DNA from: Squalus acanthias
Taxonomy: Eukaryota
Length of the DNA: 64,000 bases
Direction of reading: 5' to 3'
Assembly (NCBI GenBank): GCA_030390025.1
Contig: CM059427.1
Location: 19,034,001 to 19,098,000 of the forward strand
Shown here: one piece after another, positions 12,865 through 25,884 of the stretch
Layout of the letters: the number at the start of each line of letters is the position of its first letter
Numbering within the stretch: the stretch's first letter is position 1
Made by a program: the position numbers and the translations under genes
The notes under the pieces: model-generated
The model's database searches: none
Told to the model about the DNA's origin: nothing
The model's input: the letters and a program-made list of their open reading frames with translations, nothing else

Positions 12865-14134
12865 AATCTGCTGACCATCCAACTTCCTTTTCTGGCTCCC
12901 ATGTTAGCTGACATTGTTAACGGTTCTCTCTCCTCAGGTACCGTCCCCCTCTCCGTCAAATCTGCCATCATCCCCCCCCTCCTCAAAAAAACAAACCTTG
13001 ATCCCTCTGTTCTTGCAAACTACCGCCCCATCTCCAACCTCCCTTTCCTCTCAAGTCCTTGTACGTGTCGTCGCCTCCCAAATCCGTGCCCATCTTTCCC
13101 GCAATTCCATGTTTGAATCCCTCCAATCAAGTTTCCGCCCTTGCCACAGTACCGAAACGGCTCTCATCAAAGTCACACATGACATCCTTTGTGACTGTGA
13201 CAAAGGTAAACTATCCCTCCTCGTCTTTCTTGACTTGTCTGCAGCCTTTGACACGGTTGACCTCTCCATCCTTCTCCAACGCCTCTCCACCGTCGTCCAG
13301 CTGGGTGGGACTGCACTCACCTGGGTCCATTATTATCTATCTAATTGTAGCCACAAAATCATCTGCAACGGATTCTCTTCCCGCTCCCGCATAGTTACCT
13401 CTGGTGTCCCCCAAGGATCTATCCTTGGCCCTCTCCTATTTCTCATCTGCATGTTGCCCCTTGGTGACATCATCGATAAAACAGCGTCAGTTTCCACATG
13501 TACGCTGACGACACCCAGCTCTACCTCACGACCACTTCTCTCGACCCCTCCACGGTGTTTAAATTGTCAGACTGCTTGTCCGACATCAGTTCTGGATGAG
13601 CAAAAATTTTCTCCAATTAAATATTGGGAAGACCGAAGCCATTGTTTTCGGTCCCTGCCACAAACTCCATTCCTCAGCCACTGACTCCATCCCTCTCCCT
13701 AACATCTGTCTGAGGCTGAACCGCACTGTTGTCAACCTTGGTGTCATATTTGACCCTGAAATGAGCTTCCGACCACATATCCGCAGCATAACAAAGACCG
13801 CCTACTTCCACCTCCATAACATCACCCGTCTCCGCCCTTGCCTCAGCTCATCTACTGCTTAAAAACCCTTATCCATGCTTTTGTTACCTCGAGACTTGAC
13901 TATCCCAATGCACTCCTGGCTGGCCTCCCACATTCCACCCTACGTAAACTTGAGGTCATCTAAAACTCGGCTGCCCGTGTCCTGACTCACACCAAGTCCC
14001 GTTCACCCATCACCCCTGTGCTCGCTGACCTTCATTGGCTCCTGGTTAAACAGCGCCTCGATTTCAAAATTCTCATCCTTGTTTTCAAATCCCTCCATTG
14101 CCTCGCCCCTCCCTATCTCTGTCATCTCCTTCAG

Positions 14135-14220
<86 letters not shown>

Positions 14221-14545
14221 TTCTCCTTTCTCCCCCCCCCCCGCCCCCGAGATATGTGCCCTCTTGAGCATCCCTGGATATAATCGCTCAACCTTTGGTG
14301 GTTGTGCTTTCTGTTGCCTCGACCCTAAGCTCTGGAATTCCCTGCCTAAATCTGTCCGCCTCGCCACCTCTTTCCTCCTTTAAGACGGTCCTTAAAACCT
14401 ACCTCTTTGACCAAGCTTTTGGTCACCTGCCCTAATATCTCCTTATGTGGATCGGTGTCAAATTTGTTGCCTTAAAATACTCCTGTACAGTGCCTTGGGA
14501 CATTTTACTATGTTAAAGGCGCTATGTAAATACAAGTTGTTGTTC
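12865..14545 (+). mobile_element. L2 LINE RT and 3' tail, frameshifted
   Basis: NYRPISNLPFLS, HSTETALIKV, LDLSAAFDTV, GVPQGSILGPLLF, LADLHWL. Tail aaaggcgctatgtaaatacaagttgttgtt. Confidence 0.95.
14136..14218. repeat. Perfect (CT)n microsatellite, about 41 units, inside the L2
   Basis: Directly visible. Confidence 0.99.
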
Positions 14546-14689
14546 TAATCTGATGGCTTTTGAATGGAATTGACTTTATTTGGAAACAAAAATAAATCTG
14601 TCTCTTAAATATAGATTATTTTTGTATTTTTTGTCAATAATTGTGAAGAATGAAATCCGCTTTCCATGTATGAAATGCAGTTGGTATTG

Positions 14690-16500
14690 AACCAAACTTG
14701 GCATTGGAGCCTGCCTGATGCCCTCAACGAGTCTTTCCCTGACCCTCCAGTGAACCAACCGTCTGCCTCTGCACCACATTGCAAAATATCCATTCACCTG
14801 CAAACAATATCTCCCCATCGAGGAGTAACGCAATAATATCTTAGGCCTAACTGAAACCTGTTACTGACGGAAACTCCTTCTTAATTAAGCCCCCCAGCCC
14901 AGATTTATATTTATGTTGCACCATATCCTCTGCCCAAATGAAGATCTCCGTCCTGTCATAGCCAATCCATTATGCCCACAACTCGTTTTCTTTTCTTTGA
15001 CATCCTCAAAAATCTCTTGGATCTTACATCCTCCTACCCCTTGCACTGACCAATGAATCATTCTGGATGACATCAGTTTCCACCTGGACTCATTTTTTCC
15101 TGCTGTTGCTGACTTCCTTGCCCTCAACCTTCTCAATCCTTTAAACCCTTGAGGCCTGAAATCTCGATCACCAAAAGGACTCTTTCTGATTATTTATCCT
15201 CGATTCCTTTCTTCTACATGTACTCCCACCCACTCTATACTGCTCCACTCTCTCTTTCCATCCTTTGAAAAATGACTCTTCAATTCTCCCCCCGTGACTC
15301 CCAACTACACCTACTGCCCTTCTCCCAACAGAGTCCTCGTTCCCCTGTACGCTACATTGTTTTCCCCCTTCTCCTCCCCTCCAGCCCTCATCAAATGTAT
15401 CACATCCATGAAACAATTCCTTACTACTCGCCCAACTTCCATTCAGTCCTATGCTGGCTGACTTCATCAATATTCCCTTTCCATAGAACTGTCTCCACCT
15501 CCTTCAAAACCATCTTTTGCAGCCTGTACCCCAAAATGCACTCTGAATCCTCCCCATTCTTTCCAACCACTACTCCATCTTCGCTCGAATTCTGGAATCT
15601 GTTATTGCCTTGCAATGATGCGCTTATCGCTACCATAATTCCTTTATCGAGACTCTCCACAACATGGATTTCACGCGGCCCACAGCACATAAATTGCCTT
15701 GATGAAAGCAATAAATGCTATCCTGTGCAACTGGGACCATGTCCACTTCTGTGGATTTCACGCGGCCCACAGCACATAAATTGCCTTGATGAAAGCAATA
15801 AATGCTATCCTGTGCAACTGGGACCATGTCCACTTCTGCTTCTCGACTTATCCGCTGCTTTTGACACCGCCAACCCAGTCCTTTCCCCTCTGCAGTTCAT
15901 TCCTATAATGTGGGTTTGTTATGATTTTCCAGTCCTATTGTTAGAAAGTGAGTTTACCTTCTCTGAACTTATCTTGCCCATACTGTTACCTTTGTTTACT
16001 CCTTGGCTTCATCCTTGATCCCCTCTTTTTTTTTGTTTACATGCTGCCCCTCAGTGACATCATCTGAAAACTGGAAGTGAGCTTCCATGTGCATACAATG
16101 AGTCCTAGATTCACCTGTCCACCTGCACCTTTGGTTCTGCTATCAACACCTCCAGACATTAAGTTCTGCATGAGGCATAACTTCCTCCAGCTTAACTTTG
16201 TTAAAAAATTAAGCACTTTGGCTCCCGCTAAGACTTCCATGCCATTGCCCTGAGATCCATGAACCTGTTAGGCCCACCCCTACCTCTAATGTCTCGCCCA
16301 GTTGTGCGTCATCTGCAAGCACCTCAGACATTGATCATTTCTCGCTCTACCATTAGCAGCTATTTTTCAGCCATTTTGTCTTCTGGAACTTGCTATTTCT
16401 GTTCCTGCGTTCAGAAGCCTCCTTAAACCCTTCTCTTCGACCTTGCTTTTGTTTCCCCTCTTTAACAACTGTCTCTTTTTCCTTAGTTGCTTGGTGTCTA
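14690..16500 (+). mobile_element. Older degenerate L2 (EN and RT remnants)
   Basis: LGLTET-like (ggcctaactgaaacctg), LLLLDLSAAFDT and cttcctccagcttaac motifs. Pyrimidine-rich. Confidence 0.75.
15665..15838. repeat. Perfect 87-bp tandem duplication
   Basis: 15665-15751 equals 15752-15838, seen as a repeated 29-aa block in ORF 15272..16018. Confidence 0.97.
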
Positions 16501-16560
16501 CCTCTCTATAAAATGCCATTCTCTAATAATGCCACGCTTGTTTCTCTTTTTTTGTTGTAG

Positions 16561-16689
16561 TTTGGCATATCAGCGAATGAGCTGGGAAGCTCTGAAGAAG
16601 TCGATTAATGGTCTCATCAATAAAGTGAATGTCTCAAACATAGCTAATATTATTCATGAACTTCTCCAAGAAAATATTGTTCGGGGAAG
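16561..16689 (+). CDS. CWC22: CWC22 coding exon 5, start of MIF4G ([23 protein letters not shown]...ENIVRG)
   Basis: Near-identical to known CWC22 sequence. gtag acceptor, ag|gtatgt donor. 129 nt. Confidence 0.98.
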
Positions 16690-17193
16690 GTATGTATGTG
16701 TGTGTCATTTTTATATATCTTGAGCAATCAGCGATGTGTTATAACGAATGAGTATAGGTACGAATTCTTGTGAATTCATGGTATGACAAAACAACTATAA
16801 ACATTATTTGGAGAAGGTATAAAATCTGCCCTAAATCTAAAAGATCAACTAATGGGTGCTCTTTTTTTTGAAGAAAACCAAATGTTTTCATTTGTAGTGA
16901 CAAAAATAAGCATAAGTAGGATTTCTGTCTTTGTGTAGTTGCATTGATTGTGATGGTTACAAAACATTATTTCCCAAGTATGGATTGAAAGAGCTTAATG
17001 AAGACATGGAAAAAGTTGCAGAGGGAAAATCTTGAATTAAATAGTACTAAAAGTTGAAGATTGTTCTGAATCTAACCAGTTTGGAGGGGATGAGGCTTTG
17101 TATTCCAAGTATTTCCCCCTTGTGCATTGTTTGAACAAAGTCATCAAAATTATTGCATATTCCAATACGTATGTATGTGTTCTTTCCATACAG

Positions 17194-17362
17194 GGGATTG
17201 ATTTCTAGATTTGTTATACAGGCACAGACTGCCTCTCCAATATTTACACACGTTTATGCTGCTGTTGTGGCAATTATAAATTCTAAGTTCCCTCAAATTG
17301 GGGAGCTGATTCTCAAGAGATTGATCCTAAATTTCCGCAAAGGTTATCGCAGAAATGATAAG
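17194..17362 (+). CDS. CWC22: CWC22 coding exon 6, MIF4G ([23 protein letters not shown]...KGYRRNDK)
   Basis: Conserved peptide. acag acceptor, aag|gtgagc donor. 169 nt, phase 2 to 0. Confidence 0.98.
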
Positions 17363-17495
17363 GTGAGCAAATGTTACTTTTGGTTTCAAGTAAAAATCAT
17401 ATTTTTCCTGTAACAATAATAATGAATCGAGTACACATTAAGTTTTGCTTTTTAATTGATTACCAAAAATCTGACACTTGTACTTTTTTCCCCAG

Positions 17496-17549
17496 CAACT
17501 GTGCCTTTCAGCCTGCAAGTTTGTAGGTCATCTCGTTAATCAGAATGTT
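17496..17549 (+). CDS. CWC22: CWC22 coding exon 7 (QLCLSACKFVGHLVNQNV)
   Basis: Not in the ORF track. cccag acceptor, gtt|gtaagt donor, 54 nt. Matches human QLCLTASKFVAHLINQNV. Confidence 0.96.
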
Positions 17550-18339
17550 GTAAGTACAGCTATAAATTCCTTTTCCTAACAGTGCGTATGTGAAGATAAT
17601 TGTCTGTTCAGTTTCATTTGCAGTTCAAATGGCTGCTTGGACACTGGACCTCCTTGATTAACCACACTTGCAATTATCTAGAAGAATTTTTGTGGAAGTT
17701 GGGGCTTTTGCACAGATCAACTAAAATGCAACTGGACATTTTAATGAATGTTTTCATTGCTTCTTAGTTAATTTAGAAGCATAAGTAGTTGTTGCCTGGA
17801 TGTCCAGTACATGGTAGAATTGCTATGCATGAAGCTCTTGGTATCTAGCTTTTAGTGAAAAAGCCAGTGTGAATTAGGACTTCTGGTCCAGGAGATCAGC
17901 AAAAGTTACGCACATAGCTTTTTAAAATGGAAAAACATGTTTTTTTAAATCTACACTTGCCAAGAAATTGTTGATTAGATAAATTGACGAATCAGAAACT
18001 GGAAACTCACCATTTCAGATTAAGTATAGGGCGATTTTCAATTATTTGGCAATTTCTCACACTCATAAGTGACATTGATCATGATGTGCGGTTTAAATTG
18101 ATCTTTAGGAGTTGGCTTCATAATTTTTTTTTTACAAAACTACAATTCAGAATGAGCTGCTGTCGTTGAAATGAAAGCTCTGAATCTGAAGTTGGGAATG
18201 CAGTTTGCAATTCTCACACAAAATAATAACATGAAAGAAAGATTTAATCTTTTAGTGGATATTGAATTCCTTTGCAGAGCATAAATCAAATTGACCCTCT
18301 TGTTGTGAATTGTGGTGGTACACAATTCTGAGGCTGTTG

Positions 18340-20240
18340 ATGATTAGTTAAGGTTGACCACTTCAACTTCCTGCACTGCCTCTCCTCTAGCCCGATCCTT
18401 TAATGGTTCTGTTCTTTCTTGTCCCAACAAAACTAGCACATTTTAATGACTGCTCTTCCTGTTTACCCATGGTCACCCATATGGCAAAGTTTCTATCCTT
18501 GCTCATCTACATTCCGTCTCTCCGTGACATTATCTGTAAGCGTGGGTCAGATGATTACACACTGCTTTACCATGCCGTAAGGCTTGCGGTGATGTGAATG
18601 TTCTTCCAGCTCGAGGTTGAAGCCATCTTGCTCGGTCCAATCTTTCTGTTCCATTCACCTTCTTAGCTGCTCGTTTAGGCTGATCCTTATGGCGTGCAGT
18701 CGCGGTGTCTTGTTTAATCCTGATCTGAGCTTCAAAGGTCATATCCAATCCATTGCTACGTCTGCATATTTTCACCTCCTTTAGCTTCCACTTCCATATG
18801 TTGCCACTACCTTATCTGCCATTTCAACCCTCACCTATGCCTTCCTCATCTCCCAGATTTTCCAACATTCACCTCACTGGCCTTTCAGCCTCCACCTGAC
18901 ACAAACTCCAACTCAATTCGAACTTAACCACCTGCATGCTGTCCCATATTAGCCATTCGTAATTCCTCAGACAATGAAGCAGTCCATGCCCACACGAGCA
19001 AGAACCGGACAACATCCAAGCTGATGCTGATAAGTGGAAGTAACATTCATAGAATGGTTACAACACAGAAGGAGGCCATTTGGTCCGTTGTGCCACACAA
19101 GTGCCAGGCAATGACCATCTCCAACAAGAGACAGTCTAACCACCTCCCCATGACGTTCAACGGCATTACCATCGCCGAATCCCCCACCATCAGTATCCTG
19201 GGGGTCATCATTGACCAGAAAGTTAGCTAGACCAGCCACATAAATACAGTGGCTGCAAGAGCAGATCAGAGAGTGGGTATTCTGTGGCGAGTGACTCACC
19301 TCCTGACTCCCCAAAGCCTTTCCACCACCTACAAGGCGCAAGTCAGAGTGTAATCGAATACTTTCCATTTGCCTGGACGAGTGACTTAAGAAGCTTGACG
19401 GCATGCAAGTCAAAGCAGCCCGCTTGATTGGCACCCCACCCACCACCTTAAATATTCACTCCCTCCACCATCGGCACACCGTAGCTGCAGTGTGTACCAT
19501 CTACAAGGTGCACTGCAGCAACTCGCCAAGGCTTCTTCGACAGCACCTCCCAAACCCGTGACCTCCACCACCTAGAAGGACAAGGGCAGCAGGTGCATGG
19601 GAGCACCATTACCTCCCAAGATTCCTTCCAAGTCACACACCATTCTGACTTGGAAATATATCGCCGTTCCTTCATCGTCGCTGGTTCAAATTCCTGGAAC
19701 TCCCTCCCTAACAGCACTGTGGGAGTACCTTCACCACACGGACTGCAGCGGTTCAAGAAGGCGGCTCACCACCACCTTCTCGGGTGCAATTAAGGATGGG
19801 AAATAAATGCTGCCGTTGCCAGTGATGCCCTCACACCGTGAATAAAAAAATAATGAAGTCCTGCTCACATTTCACCTTGTCACCACTGCTTTTTATTGGG
19901 GGCCTGGCACCTTAATTTACAAATTGCCCCATGACCTTGTTGCACTTTACCACTGCCACCTCGACCAGCCCCAAGCTCCAGCTCACACCCTCAGCACTTT
20001 TGACTCTGGTCTATGCATCATCCTTTTGCTCCACCATTGGCAGCAGAGCTGTCGGTCATCATCAAGCCTCTTCACTGTGTTCTGTTTCTCTGCACTTTAA
20101 AGATCTTCTCAATCTACCTTCTTGACCATGCCTAAGGCCATTAACTGTTCTCCTTACACTGCTTAATATTTGACTTCCCTATTGTGAAGTACCTTGGCAT
20201 GTTTTGCTATGTTAAAATTGCTATACAAGTGCAGGTTACG
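18340..20240 (+). mobile_element. Degenerate L2 split by a nested LINE
   Basis: L2 motifs on both sides of 18952-19852. Tail gctatacaagtgcaggtt near 20220-20240. Confidence 0.65.
18952..19852 (+). mobile_element. 5'-truncated CR1-group (Zenon-like) LINE with A-tail
   Basis: Collinear with 54280-55145 (HKCQAMTISNKR, ESPTISILGV, SWNSLPNSTVG). Confidence 0.9.
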
Positions 20241-20599
20241 AAGACTTGACCCATTTTTTTTGTCTTGATGGGCATGTTTTTGCTGTATATAAGCAATACT
20301 TTGCTGCTCGTTTTTAAACCTATTTCCTGAAAACGTTGTCAATTTTTTTTGTACATGATTTTAAGTTTTATTTCGTTTTATATCGGTGCAATGATTCGAC
20401 TCAACAAAGAATGTTTAGTTATGGATTGGCATTTCTCTAAGCTTGAAAATATTTACTGAAGAGAACCTAAATAGTGCCAAACCTAGTTGGTTCGACGAGC
20501 ACCATAAATTATATTTTCCAAGTGCATTTGCTAATTTTTGAATATTAGTTTTTCAGGTGGATGAAGGGCTTGAGCTAAATATAAATAATCTGAATACTT

Positions 20600-21000
20600 G
20601 TAAAGAGCCTTCTCTAAACTGCTCAAAGCACTTGACGCAATTAATTACATTTCAGTGCACTGATTGCGATATATGTAAATACAGCAGTCAAACTGCATCA
20701 GCAATGTCCCACCAACAGCAGAAATGAATGACTAATTAATCTGTATTTTTAGTGGTATTGGTTGAGGGAGCAGTGTTGGTCAGGACACTGGGAGAAGGTC
20801 ACATATTTTGTTGAATAGTTGTATGGGATCCTTAATACCTGCTTGAGCTATTGGAACAGGCAGACAGGATTTCTGTTTAATATTTCACCTGAAGGATGGT
20901 GGACTTGATCCCTCATTACTGCACAGATTGTCAATGCAGATTATATACTTGAGCCCCCTACCTTCTGACCTAGAGGCAAGAGTGGTATAAGCTGACGGTG
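20600..21000 (-). mobile_element. Decayed Deu-domain SINE
   Basis: gtttaatatttcacctgaaggatgg and tggttgaggga...ggtcaggacactgggaga resemble the antisense Deu core and share similarity with 30960-31137. Confidence 0.6.
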
Positions 21001-21193
21001 ACTAAATAATGATGCAACTTAAAGGGGCAGGAATTTGAAGAGGGAAAAATGGGAAGGAATTTGAAGAGGGGAAAGTTGGATACTTGTTCAAAGTACTCCT
21101 ATCTACGGGAGAAAAAAGTTGTGACTCTTGAAAATAACACTAGATTTAAAAATTGCAGACCATAAAAATACTTGTTTGTTTCTTCTGAATTAG

Positions 21194-21329
21194 GCCCATG
21201 AAGTGTTGTCTTTGGAAATGCTCACATTACTGCTCGAGCGGCCCACAGATGACAGTGTTGAAGTGTCAATTGCTTTTCTGAAGGAGTGTGGAATGAAGCT
21301 GACAGATGTTTCTCCTCGAGGCATTAATG
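21194..21329 (+). CDS. CWC22: CWC22 coding exon 8 ([45 protein letters not shown])
   Basis: Conserved PTDDSVEV motif. ttag acceptor, g|gtaatt donor. 136 nt, phase 0 to 1. Confidence 0.97.
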
Positions 21330-21369
21330 GTAATTGTGTAGCATTTTAACATTAACTCTGGTTTTGCTT

Positions 21370-24300
21370 AGAGTCACAGTTATACAGCACAGAAAGAGGC
21401 CCTTCGGCCCATCGTGTCTGCGCCGGCCATCAAGCCCTATATTCTAATCCCATTTTCCAGCACTTGGTCCGTAGCCTTGTATGCTATGGCGTTTGAAGTG
21501 CTCATCTAAATGCTTCTTGAATGTTGTGAGGGTTCCTGCCTCTACCACCCTTTCAGGCAGTGAGTTCCAGATTCCAACCACCCTCTGGGTGAAAAAGTTT
21601 TTCCTCAAATCCCCTCTAAACCTCCTGCCCCTTACCTTGAAACTATGGCCCCTGGTTACTGACCCCTCTACTAAGGGGAAAAGTTCCTTTCTATCGACCC
21701 TATCTATGCCCCTCATAATTTTGTACACCTCAATCAGGTCCCCCCTCAGCCTTCTCTGCTCTAAGGAAAACAACCCCAGCCTGTCCAGTCTCTCTTCATA
21801 GCTGAAACGCTCCAGCCCAGGTAACATCCTGGTGAATCTCCTCTGCACCCTCTCCAATGCAATCACATCCTTCCTATAGTGTGGCGACCAGAACTGCACA
21901 CAGTATTCCAGCTGTGGCCTAACTAACGTTTTGTACAGCTCCATCATAACCTCCCTGCTCTTATATTCTATGCCTCGGCTAATGAAGGCAAGTATCCCAT
22001 ATGCCTTTTTAACCACCTTATCTACCTGTCCTGCTGCCTTCAGGGATCTATGTACTTGCACACCAAGGTCCCTCTGATCCTCTGTCCTTCCGAGGGTCCT
22101 ACCATTCATTGTGTATTCCCTTTCCTTGTTAGTCCTCTCAAAATGCATCACCTCACACTTTTCAGGGTTAAATTCCATTTGCCACTGTTCTGCCCATCTG
22201 ACCAACCCATCTATATCGTCCTGTAGCCTGAGACTTCCCTCCTCGCTAGTTACCACTCCACCAATTTTCGTGTCATCTGCGAACTTACTGATCATACCTC
22301 CTACATTTATATCTAAATCATTAATGTACACTACAAACTGCAAAGGACCCAGCACTGATCCCTGCGGTACACCACTGGACACAGGCTTCCAGTCACAAAA
22401 ACAACCTTCGACCATCGCCCTCTGCCTCCTGCCACGAAGCCAATTTTGGATCCAATGTGCCAAATTGCCCTGGATCCCATGGGCTCTTACCTTCTTGACC
22501 AGTCTCCCATGCGGGACTTTGTCAAAAGCCTTACTGAAGTCCATGTAGACCACATCAACTGCACTACCCTCATCCACACACCTGGTCACCCCCCCTCAAA
22601 ATTCAATCAGATTGATTAGACATGATCTCCCCCTGACAAAGCCATGCTGACTATCCTTGATTAATCCTTGCCTCTCCAAGTGGAGACTAATTCTGTCCCT
22701 CAGAATTTTTTCCAATAATTTCCCTACCACTGATGTTAGGCTCACTGGCCTGTAATTCCCTGGTTTATCCCTACTACCCTTCTTGAATAATGGTACTACG
22801 TTAGCTGTCCTCCAGCCCTCTGGCACCTCCCCTGTGGCCAGAGAGGTTCTGAAAATTTGTGTCAGAGCCCCTGCAATCTCCTCCCTTGCTTCACACAGCA
22901 GCCTGGGATACATCTCATCTTGGCCTGGGGATTTAGCCACTTTTAAGCCCGCTAAAACCGCAAGTCCCTTCTCCCTCTCAATGCTAATTTGTTCAAGTAT
23001 ATCACAATCCCCCTGCCTGATTTCGATGCCTACATCGTCCTTCTCCATAGTGAACACAGATGCAAAATATTCATTTAAATCCTCACCTACATCTTCCGGC
23101 TCTACACACAGATTGCCACTTTGGTCCCTAATGGGCCCTACTCTTTCCCTGGTTATTCTCTTGCCCTTAATATACTCATAAAACACCTTTGGGATTTTCC
23201 TTTTATTTTGCCTGCCAGTGTTTTTTCATGCCCCCTCTTCGCTCTCCTAATTTCTTTTTTAAGTACCCCCCTGCACTTTCTATACTCCTCTAGGGCTTCC
23301 ACTGTTTTTAGTCCTTTGTATCTGCCAAAAGCCTCCCTTTTTTTTTCCCTAATCCATTCTAGTATATCCCTTGACATCCAGGGTTCCCTGGACTTGTTGG
23401 TCCCACCCTTGACCTTTACGGGAACATGTTGGCGCTGTACTCTCTCTATTTCCTTTCTGAATGACTCCCATTGCTCTGATGTGGATTTTCCTACAAGTAG
23501 CTGCTCCCAGTCCACTTTGGCCAGATCCTGCCTTCTATTAAAATCGGCTTTCCCCCAATTTAGAACCTATATTTCCGGTCCATCTTTGTCCTTTTCCATG
23601 ACAACCTTAAATCTCACCGAATTATGGTCACTGTCGCCAAAATGCTCTCCGACTGACACTTCTACCACTTGCCCGGCTACATTCCCTAGAATTAGGTCCA
23701 GTACTGCCCCCTCTCTTGTAGGACTTTCTACATGCTGGCTCAAAAAGCTCTCCTGGATGCACTTTAAGAATTCTGCACCCTCTAAGCCTTTCACACTCTG
23801 ACTATCCCATTTAATATTGGGAAAGTTGAAACACCCTACTATTATTACCCTATTATTTCTACACTTCTCTGAGATTTGCCTACATATCTCCTCTTCTATC
23901 TCCCCCTGACTGTTTGGGGGCCTATAGTACACTCCCAGCAAAGTGCTTGCCCTCTTTTTGTTTTTAAGTTCTACCCATATGGCCTCATTAGAGGAACCTG
24001 CTAAGATATCATCCCTCCTTACAGCAGTAATTGACTCCTTGATTAATATTGCGACACCCCCCTCTGTCTCGCCTGAAGATTCTATACCCCGGAATATTGA
24101 GCTGCCAGTCCTGCCCCTCCCTCAACCATGTCTCTGTGATAGCAACAATACCATACTCCCATGTGTTCATCAACACCTTCAATTCATCTGCCTTACTCGC
24201 AAGACTCCTTGCATTAAAATAAATGCCATCCATCCTTGCCATACTCCCTTCTGCTGTTCCATATTTGCTCTGCCTTCCAGGCTGACTTGTTTTTTCCTCT

Positions 24301-24435
24301 ATATTTGGCTGTGCATCACCCCCTACTATAGCTCCACTCCGTATCCCATCCCCCTGCCAAGTTAGTTTAAACCCCCCCCCCCCCATTCCAAACAGCACCA
24401 GCAAACCTCCCCGCAAGGATGTTGGTCCCGTTCCG
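21370..24435 (-). mobile_element. Relatively young CR1 LINE: ORF1 C-terminal end, near-complete ORF2 (APE endonuclease and RT) with a few frameshifts, 3' UTR
   Basis: YFNARSL, AITETWL, YYRPPN, LDLILGN, SDHNSV, NYRPVSLTS, YMDFSKAFDKVPH, GVPQGSVLGP and KFADDTK in ORFs 21444-24632. GTNILAGRF (ORF1 esterase-type end) near 24400. Confidence 0.97.
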
Positions 24436-24468
24436 CTTCTTGCTAACCGTATTTGATTTCTATTGCAG

Positions 24469-24675
24469 CAATATTTGAACGTCTTCGCAATATCCTTCAT
24501 GAATCTCAGATTGATAAGCGTGTCCAGTACATGATAGAAGTGATGTTTGCAATTCGAAAAGATGGTTTTAAGGATCACCCCATCATACCTGAAGGTCTTG
24601 ATCTGGTTGAGGAAGAGGATCAATTTACTCACATGCTTCCTTTGGAAGATGAATATAATCCGGAAGATGTGCTAA
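24469..24675 (+). CDS. CWC22: CWC22 coding exon 9 ([38 protein letters not shown]...YNPEDVL)
   Basis: Conserved peptide. Branch-like tgctaac at 24441-24447, tgcag acceptor, a|gtatgt donor. 207 nt, phase 1 to 1. Confidence 0.98.
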
Positions 24676-25020
24676 GTATGTATTCAAATAAAAACTAGTC
24701 CATAATTTGTCAACAGCTGAAAAGAAAATATATTGCATACATGCAAGATTTTCGTGCAATTCTACTGAACCTTGACTCTTGATTTTCTCCTGTTCAGTTT
24801 CATTCAGTGGGGATTTTTTGTCTCATGCAAAATAACTTTGTGCTTGGAGCAATGTTGTGATTACATTGGAGTAAAATGTAAACTAATGTGCATGGATCTA
24901 TTCAAAACTACCAAATACACATTATTTAATAAACTTGTCATTTTAGTTGTTAGATAGTTAAGTTTTAAGCATCATAACAATTGCTTGAATTTTTTTCATT
25001 ATGTAAACTTTCAAATACAG

Positions 25021-25083
25021 ATGTCTTCAAGATGGATTCAGAGTTTCTTGACAATGAGCAGAAGTACAAAGATATAAAAAGAG
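25021..25083 (+). CDS. CWC22: CWC22 coding exon 10 (NVFKMDSEFLDNEQKYKDIKR)
   Basis: tacag acceptor, g|gtgaga donor, 63 nt. Matches human NVFKMDPNFMENEEKYKAIKK. Confidence 0.95.
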
Positions 25084-25491
25084 GTGAGATTTTGTAATTC
25101 ATGATTTAATGAAAGACTAAAATCTAAATATACAGTAGAAGCTGCTTATTATTGGCTTTTAATCGGGGTATGTGAGAGAAGTGAGGGTGTAAAAGCAGTT
25201 CAGTTAATTTCTATCCAGCCATTTCTTTAACTCTCGCCAGATGCCAGGTCCATTGAGATTTCAGTTCAAGATTTTAGATTAATCTTTATTTTCTATATGC
25301 CATACACTTGCTCTTTTCATATTGCTCATCAGTTCCTCGTGTAGTATTTCTGTAAATATTAAATGAAACATAGTAAGGCAGCACTGCTGGAATAATAAAT
25401 TCAAACATTTTGGAAAGTATAATAAAAATGTGATCTGCATTGTTGATTATAACCATAAGCTACAGGTTTATTATAAATGTATTCCACACAG

Positions 25492-25605
25492 AAATCCTTG
25501 ATGAAGGTAGCAGTGACTCTGCGTCTGGTGATGAAGAGGGTGGTGGTGATGATGATGCTGATGGTAGTGAGAACGACAACGATGAGGATGATGATGAGGA
25601 AGAAG
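25492..25605 (+). CDS. CWC22: CWC22 coding exon 11, acidic linker (EILDEGSSDSASGDEEGGGDDDADGSENDNDEDDDEEE)
   Basis: EILDEG followed by an acidic tract as in orthologues. cacag acceptor, g|gtaagt donor. 114 nt, phase 1 to 1. Confidence 0.95.
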
Positions 25606-25884
25606 GTAAGTGTTTTTGCCCCTTTTATTTAATTACAATATTGTAGGTTTTAAATTTTATTATAGAAAAATCATAATTTTATTATACTAAAACTATAGTT
25701 TTATAAGTCACAAGTATCTGTTGGAGTTCGTTACAGCATGATTATTCCTGCATTTAATTCTGGGGTATGTTCATGTAATTTCGCTAGAATCTTTTTTGTT
25801 AGTTATGCAGTATTTATCGATTAAGATTTTATGGAGCCCTCTTAAAATGCTGCTCTTATTGGCAAAAGGTGATCTTGACATTTT

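Noticed and set aside
14018-14383. ORFs with long SL or RE repeats resembling RS/RE-domain proteins
   Set aside because: They come from a (CT)n tract inside an L2.
21444-22589. 381-aa RT ORF as a domesticated gene
   Set aside because: It is part of a frameshifted, 5'-truncated CR1 copy with a typical 3' UTR and no sign of exaptation.
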